Assembly (NCBI GenBank): GCA_009103225.1
Contig: RHPI01002619.1
Coordinates: 1 to 64,000, forward strand
DNA: 64,000 bases
Source of the DNA: Chlorokybus atmophyticus
Lineage: Eukaryota > Plantae > Mesostigma and Chlorokybus algae
Direction of reading: 5' to 3'
Under the pieces are notes generated by a model, which was given only the letters and a program-made list of their open reading frames with translations, was not told the origin of the DNA and ran no database searches. The translations under genes were made by a program, and so were the position numbers. Every line of letters begins with the position of its first letter. Position 1 is the first letter of the stretch. Below are positions 49,434 through 64,000 of this stretch, piece after piece.

Positions 49434-49861
49434 CGCTGCGTATACCAGTAACAACCTCTACAGCAACGCCGCTGCTAACCACCAAAATGAAGGCTATGCA
49501 GCGGGTGGTTTTGCACTTTTGCAGTTTTGTTTGGGGGATTCCAGAATTGCTTTCCGCGTTTTGGGGCACCAACTGCAAAATTAGATCAGAGGAGGCCGCC
49601 AGGAGCTGTCGGATGTGCTGACAGGCTCCGGCTGGACGGTTGGATTGAGCATGCTGACGTAGATACGAACGCCCTCAACGTGTTGGAGATGCTAATGGAT
49701 AAGAAGGGTGACGTGGCCGCTCAGTGAGCCTCTGTAAAACTCCGATGGCTACACATAAATGCGACATGGGTTATCATATTGTGAGTAGTTAAGGTAAACC
49801 CCTGGTCGACATTGGTAACTAGCGTTGCGGCTGATTGGGCGGGGCGACTGGGCCGGCATTA

Positions 49862-52800
49862 GGGGAAAACGCCCTAACTTCGGAGGTTTTTAAGGTTTCG
49901 GGCTACTAACTTTTGCTATGTAACTCTTTCGGCGGTGATGTATGTGGGTTTTCGATAGTTTCAAATGTAAGCTACACAGCGGTTATTTTTTAAACATTGT
50001 TCGGCGTGGTGAACCGGCAGATATGCCGCGCCAAAGTAGGGTTGTTTTGGGGTTGCTGAAAAGTGAATGTTGCCCTAACTTCGAAAGTACCTATTAGTCT
50101 GCCATCGCGCTGACATGCACTTTTCGACTGTGTGATGGGTGTAAAGCTGCGGTGGGGTGGTGATGTCTGTTGCAAGCCAATATCAGCATGGTGTAGGCGG
50201 AGCTGACAGCATGTTGATGTGCAGCCGTTTGGCTGCAGCTAAATCTGAGCGGTGGGGTGCGGCCGCCTCTTGACGCCAAGATGGCAATTGCTGTGTTGAT
50301 TGTGTAAGCGGGCGAGAGCGGCGCCGCCGCCGGCGGCGTGCATGCTTAAAGACAGGGCGCAGAGTGTGCATGATGAGCGCTGTGCATACAACAGCATTAG
50401 TCCAAGGTGATTGTGCTCATTTTGCTTGCTCTGCATGCTCTAAACTGCGTTCTGTATGTGCAAGTCTGTTTGTGTACACTCTGTGCCCGCGTGTGCATGC
50501 ATAATCTTATCTTGCGCACATGCATGCATAGTAGAGGTAGCGTAGCAAGTTTAGTTGTTGTCAACCGTTTCTTACGTACATGGGCCTAGTGCTATACATG
50601 GCTAGTCTAAGTCTGTGTGTTGCTATTGTAGCTCGCCTCTTTGCTCGCAAGCGAGTGCCGGCCTCTCTCGCTGCGGGGTGAGGTGAGGCAATGGTTGGCG
50701 TAATTTTCGGCTACGTCTGCGAAAAGATCCCCTTGTAAGTTTGTCGCACAACACAGGGTCCAATACATAACGGCACAGGTTGGTGGTGGCCTCTGCGGCA
50801 GTCTTCTTCCTCTACTGCTTCTCAAGGTGCTGGGCCTCCTCCTGCGAAGCCTTCTGTCTGGCTGCCTCTTGCTGCTTGTCTTGTTTCCTTGCCAGCCTCT
50901 CATCTTTCCCTGCTTGTTCCAGTCTCTTCTTGGCCAAGCTAGCAGCCTTCTTAGCTGCTTGCGAGGCTGCCTTATCTGTAGCTGCGAACTTGGCAGCCTC
51001 TGCTTTATCTGCCTTCTCTTTTGCTCGTCTCCGTTTTGCTTGCCTCCTTCTCTGCATCTTGCTCCACTAACATAGCGTGTAGCTCCTCGCTGGTGAGGAG
51101 GTGCGCGGTTTTCACTCCTCTCCTTCTCTTGAAAGGAGCTTCTATATGCCGGTTGAAGTCTCACCCTCGGCCTCTGGGTTGTCACCATCGGCCTGAACCT
51201 CAGCGTCCATGGCTTCCAGCAACGCTCCCAAGTTGCCTACTGAAAGCACATGAGGCAGGTACTTGTCGACGCAGTGTTTGTTGAGGGGCCAAAGTCCGCA
51301 TGCATGGAAGCCGTTCATGCCGTGGAAAGGAGTGAGTCCTCCGTGGAATGGTTCCACGAGCATGCCCAAGAATTCCTTGCGAGTGAGGTGATAGTTGTAG
51401 CGTGTTCTTTGTCTCTTCTTGAATTCCGGACGATAAACCTCTTTGAAGGGGTGAAAGCATGACACGTCCAGCACTTGCAGACGATGTGTTGTATGGGGAG
51501 GCAGTATAAGGATGTGCAGCCCATGGTCTTTGGCAAAAGAGATGATGGCGGCGCTGTAGCGATTAATGTGACCATCAATGACAAGCAGAGCATGGTTGGA
51601 AGGCAAGACACCTCAGGGGATCATCATGATGTGTTGCACCAGCATCTTCACCCGCTCCTCGAAGATTTCAGTGGTCACCCAGGCATTCTTTTATGCTTTG
51701 AACTTGGCACCCCACATCATGAAACTGTCAACATCGTCGTTCAATCTCTGGCCTTTCACAATGACGAGGGGTGGGAAGGCATAACCTACTTCAGTCACGG
51801 CGCACATAAAGGTAACATGCTCCCTACTCGTAGTTGTAGCTGCTTGTGCCCATTTGGAACCACTGGGCACACAACATGCATTAGCAAATTGTTGACATAC
51901 ATTTGCAAGTTGCAACACCACACACTCACCTTGCTACTATGACCCTTTAGTTTTGCATGGCGGTTACCAATACCCGATATCGGGTATCGGGTTCCATCGT
52001 GACCTCGTTCGCGGAGCTGATGCGGTCTGGGCCTACTCCAATGGTGTTCACCACCTCCTCCAGCAGCTGGAAGTAATGTTCAACTACAAGTCTGCTCAGC
52101 CCATGCCTCCTAGAGCAATCAAGAGGTTCTACCTTCCTAGAACCTAACCTCTGCCTTGCTTGGAAGGCATCATAGCACTTCTTGCCAGGTACGGCATTCT
52201 TCAAGGACTTGGCACGCTCATCCTTGCACAGTCGTTTGCCAACTTGCATGCATATCTCCGTTCAAGTCAGCCCTTCCCACTTGATTACGTACACGCACAA
52301 ACTCAGCAAGGTCGGCCTCCTCTTCAGCACTGAGGAGAGTAGGTGCACCAGGTCCTCTGCACATGCACAGTTCATCAACCACACATACACATCAGCTTGA
52401 GATTGCAACTAACAGTGCCTGTTACCTGTAGTTGTCAAGCCTCTCAAGATGGGTGCAGAAGTCCCACAGAATGCTGTATGGAATGTCCAACTCGGCGAGG
52501 GCAGTACTGACATCCATGCAATGAGACTTGATAACACCTACAACTCTGCTGACGTGTTGCAGGTTGTCTTGATGCCTCAGGTAGTTGCTTCTGTCATTAG
52601 GCCTACGGGGGGTCTTAGCTTTCACTCGCTGACTGCCCTGCAAATACACACACAAGGTGCAACATGGGTGACACGGGTGGTTTGAGTAAGAGACCATTAT
52701 GATGACAATGGTTTGCAAAAGCAATGCACACCCACCCGTGGCCCTTTGCTTCTAGGCGTAAGTTGAGGTGGAGGTACAGGTATGGAAGTTGCAGCGCTCA

Positions 52801-53464
52801 CCCTTAAACATTCCTTAAATCAACTGCTGCTGGACGACTGCTCTTGCCGCTTGCCTGCTGCTAACACACACACAAGCACATTGCAATGCAACACTAGTTG
52901 CATAACAACTTGCACAACTTGCCCCCCACTCACACCCAAACTGAACTCTGAGTGCCTCTGCAAGTTGCAATGCAAGTTGTTGAGGCATTGCCCACTTTCA
53001 AACATACAAACAAGCTAGCACAAGGCGCCAAACCAATTTACAAACCCCATGGCCATATCACACTTTTTCAAAGTATCACTCAAACGTTACGCGACACCCA
53101 CTTCACCCTAAGTTTTTAACTTTTGCAATATCGCATCATATTATATGAAACTTGTTAAATAAAATAAGCATAAAAAGAGCTTTGGACTGCACCTATCTGC
53201 ACTTAATTCACACAATTACAGCCAAAGTTATGATCAGACATAGTTTACCCATCATATACATGGTGCATTGCACCCATGCTTGAAAATGTAATTTTGGCGC
53301 CATACCAGACCGTTCGCGAAGGTTGTTAGCTCCTTAGAATCGTCCTAGTACCTACTCTACTACCTATAAGTCTCAAGCCAATCGGGCTTGACTTGCGCCT
53401 TCCAGCTAGCTGAATCACCCTATCTCTGAAATTAGGGGCAACTCCGAAGTTAGGGCGTTTACCC
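49862..53464 (-). mobile_element. Decayed pogo/Fot1-type (Tc1-mariner superfamily) DNA transposon with imperfect TIRs
   Basis: Left TA|GGGGAAAACGCCCTAACTTCGGAG versus right reverse complement GGGTAAACGCCCTAACTTCGGAG. Transposase pieces on the - strand: HTH-like ALAELDIPYSILWD, PTLLSAEEEADL, REHVTFMCAV...PPLVIVKG, LLVIDGH, LPPHTTHRLQVLDVSCF, HLLTSEEL. Frameshifts are present and the first catalytic Asp region is degenerate. Confidence 0.85.
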
Positions 53465-55059
53465 TTGGGCATACAAAACACATCACACGCGCATCGCACC
53501 AGGGTCAAGGGCCATTATTATTGATGGCCCATCAGTGGCCATCACACACGGCACCCGCAACTGCTAAGCTGCGTGGTATGCGCTACTCGCCTGCCTGTCA
53601 TTGGCTAGGCGGCGACTATCAGCTATCGTTCGTTCGTTCTTGTCACAAACAATCTCGATCGTTCAAAGCACATTCCCACGTTATGCAACTGCGCTTTTCC
53701 CGCGAACAAAGCATGTTATAATGGTCATGACATGTTTTGTAATGGACAGCCGGCTCCTCGCGACTTTGCTATTTATGCCAAATAGCTTTTATTGTCGCCG
53801 TAAAAACGGCCTAAATGGTAACAAAGGGCTAGTGGACCGAAACCCTGAGTGGACGAAAGTCACCGTTGGTAGATTTACTATCACAACCGATTGACTGTCA
53901 TGGCAGGCAGGAACCGCGCTGATACCTCATAGCGACCGCGGCGTGCATGTCGGCGCGTGAGTACCACACTTACGTATCAGTCAGGTTGCCAGACGCCTTC
54001 CGCGCAGGCAAAGCTTATGCCGGCCTGATCAGCAGTGGCAAGCGTAAAGCCTCCTGTGTTGCGCTATTGGGCAGCATAGGTTAATGTAGTTATACGGTGT
54101 TGAGGTGTTTATTAGCAGCGTTGAGGTGGTTGTAGTCGCGACTGTGTTCGACAATGAATGATGCATGGTCGACGCTGATTGATCAGCGTCGATACAGCTT
54201 AAACTCTGTCGGCTTTGCGCTGCCGATCAGCGGTTTGACCGCGCCGTTTATGCGTGCACATCGTTTGGTCACCCGTTGTTACTGATGTTAAAACGGTGGT
54301 CACCGCTGTGGATAAACAGTTGCGACGGCACGTATTATGAATGGGCTTGATTTCCGCACCAACTTGCACGGCATTATCATACTACCGCGCGGTATACAAT
54401 TTATACACTTTTGATTGCGATATTCTTGTGTACTATATGATATAATTTTTTTGAGGATAGTATACAAGAATCCATATACAGATATAGTCAAGACCATGTT
54501 CGCATATGGATTTAACAGTCATGTATACCACTTTTGCTTAATAATATATATATATATATGCAACACACTTGAAATGTGTACGTAAATTTTATAGATAGTA
54601 AGATATAAAGAAATACAATGTGCAATGTTTAGTATGTGACTTATCATGTAATCACAACACATGAAAACCATTTTATATAAGATATACACACTGCCGAGCA
54701 ACGACTAACACAAACGACTTCATACACTGGTCTACACTGGTCGTTGACGCCACACAGCTGATTAACACCCGTTAACGCACGACGGTCAGAGGGGAACAGC
54801 GCCGACAAAAGGCGGCGAACGCGCGAAGAACACAGGTGACGATCAGAGGTGTTTACATTCGGTTCACGGTCTATCTCCGTCGCAAGACTCTTTCGGAGCC
54901 GTCCATCTAGTGCAATGTCAGAGCACCTGCATAAGCAAAAGGCGTCTGGCGTCCTGACTGGTATGGGGCGGCAAGGAGTCACCGCCATATCATGCTTAAT
55001 AATACGATCTTACCATTGCAAGTACGGTAGTGCGTTGGAGCTCTGGCAGGCAAGCAGCA

Positions 55060-55092
<33 letters not shown>

Positions 55093-55369
55093 GGTGGAGG
55101 CAAGCCAGGGCGTCAAGGTTAGGATGGCGGCAATAGCGGGGTTGCGAGCTGCTGAATGCTTGTTATTGAGCTTCCACTACACGTTTTTGACATCGCTGCC
55201 TTGACCACTCGTCGTGCCATTAGGAAGGCCGGGGCGGCTAGGCCAAAAGCGGGCGGCGACGGGTGGGACCTCGCTCGCAGCTGGGTGTTGTGTTATACAA
55301 CGTAGGATGTCGTGTGTTTGCTTATTGGTGAGCACAGGCCCTGTAATGCGTGCGATTGCAAGCATGCAC

Positions 55370-57010
55370 AAACACGCGCGCGCGCGCGCGCACACGCACA
55401 CACACATGCGCGCGCGCGCGCGCACCCACCCCATTCATGCAGCCAGCGCATGTGCACACATGTGTAGTGCAGGCAGCGCACCTATGTAGGTAGAAAACGA
55501 ACTTGCATGCTTGCGTAGTGTAGGTGATGCATATATGAGCAGGTGCACGCACATGAGCTTACTCTTATATACGCGTGCGCATGCATTCTGGATGCATGTG
55601 CAAGCTTTACGTACACATGCAGGTGTGCATACTTATGTGCATCCGAGCATGTGTATATGAGCATACCGCATGTGCGCAACCCAGTATATGTGTGTGCAAG
55701 AAAGTTCATATGCCGACATTGTGGGTTAATTGGACTGATGTAGTTGCTGAGGATGCTGTTGTGCAACTTGTATGCATTGTCTTCACATAGAAACAAATAT
55801 ACACACACATGTACATCAAATCCTTAAAGCAGAACCTCACGCGAACACATCAATGTCACTGACACATGCAGATCGACGCACACACTTGCACATCACATAA
55901 ACACAAAGGCACACGCAAGCAAAACATGCGCTCGCGTACACACAGCCACACCGACACACGCACATGCAAAGCTGAAGAGACACTTGTAATATGTTATTGA
56001 CAAATACTTGCTTTCATCCCTTGAGAGTGTTGGCCATTGGAGCATATTGTATACCTTAATATAAATGCATGCGCACGACATCCCGCTCCCCCCCCCCCCC
56101 CCCCCCCCCCCNNNNNNNNNNNNNNNNNNNNNNNNNNNNNNNNNNNNNNNNNNNNNNNNNNNNNNNNNNNNNNNNNNNNNNNNNNNNNNNNNNNNNNNNN
56201 NNNCCCCCCCCCCCCCCCCCCCCCCCCCCTTTCTTGCGGCCTTAACGTTACTGAGTGTGTACGTGTGTGCTTATACCTGTATATACACATCTCTCATAGG
56301 TTTACATTCTGATGTGTGTGCAGCTTAAGTCGAATTGCACACACACGCGCAAGCGGTGCGGAAAGTGATAGACTATGCCTGCATGCTAAGCTAACAGGGT
56401 AAGGGCTGTAGTGTAGGCAGGTAGCTAGCGTGTGTACATAGCCCGGTGGATACATATAATTGATGATCTGGCGTGTAATATGTGGCTGATGCATGTATGT
56501 TGTGTGAGTCACAGCCACGGCATTGCATATATTCTACACACACACACACACACACACGCATGCGCGCGCGCGCGCCTGCTTGCACGCGCGCGCACACACA
56601 CACATATACACATACATATGCACACACACACATATGTATATATATATGTATGGAAGTACATGCGTGTATGTATATACATATGTATATGTATATGTATATG
56701 CATATATGCATGTGTATATGCATACATGCATATGTGTGTATATGTACATATGAAAATTATTTTTCAGTATAAGTATATACGACCATAAGACCATAAGACC
56801 ATAAGACCATATATAAGTATGTACGTAAATATATGCACATACGTAATTATAAATACATATATACATAAAAATATACATATATACACACATACACACACAT
56901 ATATATATATGCAAATATATGCATATAACAATATGTATCTTATTGTCATACTTTATATATATCTATATCTATATCTATATATATATGCAAGCGTATGCAT
57001 TAAAAAACAT
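55370..57010. repeat. Low-complexity block: (CG)n/(CA)n/(TA)n microsatellites, a poly-C run interrupted by an N gap (56112-56203), and a short (CCATAAGA)n array near 56782-56812
   Basis: Directly visible. Confidence 0.9.
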
Positions 57011-57059
57011 GTATTGTATTGTCATACTTCATCATTGCAAAATGGATACATGCAACATG

Positions 57060-57090
57060 TACGTCACAATTGACGTAACTCAATTGACGC
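57060..57090. promoter_or_regulatory. Cluster of three TGACG half-sites (as-1/TGA-bZIP-like) about 500 bp upstream of the subtilase ATG
   Basis: tacgtca (reverse), tgacgtaa and tgacgc within 30 bp. Spacing is 14 rather than the canonical 12. Function is not shown. Confidence 0.2.
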
Positions 57091-57591
57091 CAACCATGAA
57101 GGCCTAGACCTACACCTAATACCGGTAGTTAAACGGGCATTCGCTGGTGCACTGATTGCCAATTAGCAGCTGACTGGGACACTCATTGAGCTGGTTGTCA
57201 GTCAGTGTCAGGTGCCTTGGTCAGTGCATATTGCACTGATCAAGTCAGCTGACAACGAGGACGGCTAACTATCACGTGATCAATGCACATCCGGCCAAAG
57301 CTTTTTGGGCGCAACTGGCTTACGTGGCATTATGACATCAAGCTCTAAGTTGTTCCGTGGTTATCTTTACTAAGTTCGAATTAAGCTACACAGAGCAACA
57401 GTATCCAACCCATGGCGAAAGCACTCCGGTGGGGTCACGTGATCCCGCGTCTGGAAAGGGCACGCAAGCTAAGCAGCCATCCCAGCAAGACGGCGGCGGC
57501 GGCGGCGATGAGGGAGTTGCCACGGATGCTGTCCTGCCACACGAGCAGCATTGAGGTAGATTGCTAGGAATTCTCCCACACCTGCCCCAAA

Positions 57592-64000
<6,409 letters not shown>

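Noticed and set aside
49206-49454. Initially read as a PetM-like single-helix protein
   Set aside because: It splices to CPECDGAG and CPTCNGLG exons, so it is exon 1 of the DnaJ-type zinc-finger gene.
53828-53870. ctgagtggacgaaa as a possible hammerhead ribozyme core
   Set aside because: It does not match CUGANGA and no flanking stems were evident.
55994-57107. Poly-G/P and Y/I/C/V-rich ORFs
   Set aside because: Translations of poly-C, the N gap and dinucleotide microsatellites.

Overview
Eukaryotic, intron-rich genomic DNA from a green alga. Plastid-targeted genes and very plant-like ATG101 and TIC sequences suggest an early streptophyte, but that placement is inference. Host genes, left to right: a TIME FOR COFFEE-like polyQ protein (-), a small conserved plant-type protein (+), Integrator subunit INTS8 (-) head-to-head with ATG101 (+), an alpha/beta-hydrolase (-), mitochondrial enoyl reductase MECR (+), an endonuclease III-like HhH-GPD glycosylase (-) head-to-head with thylakoid lumenal TL17 (+), a plastid DnaJ-type zinc-finger protein (-), and a large mosaic secreted subtilase (+; S8, Ig/Calx-like, Pro-rich, TSP1, EGF and Cys-rich parts) that runs off the right edge. 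Three mobile elements are present. The first is the 3' half of a chromodomain Ty3/gypsy retrotransposon. The second is an apparently intact, young 6.5-kb DIRS-order (PAT/kangaroo/TOC-type) retrotransposon with split direct repeats, an intron-containing gag, RT-RNaseH-methyltransferase and an antisense tyrosine recombinase whose ORF overlaps pol. The third is a decayed pogo/Fot1-type DNA transposon. The draft assembly has N gaps and long microsatellites. Exon boundaries were read by eye and family assignments rest on motifs recalled from memory; no database searches were run.
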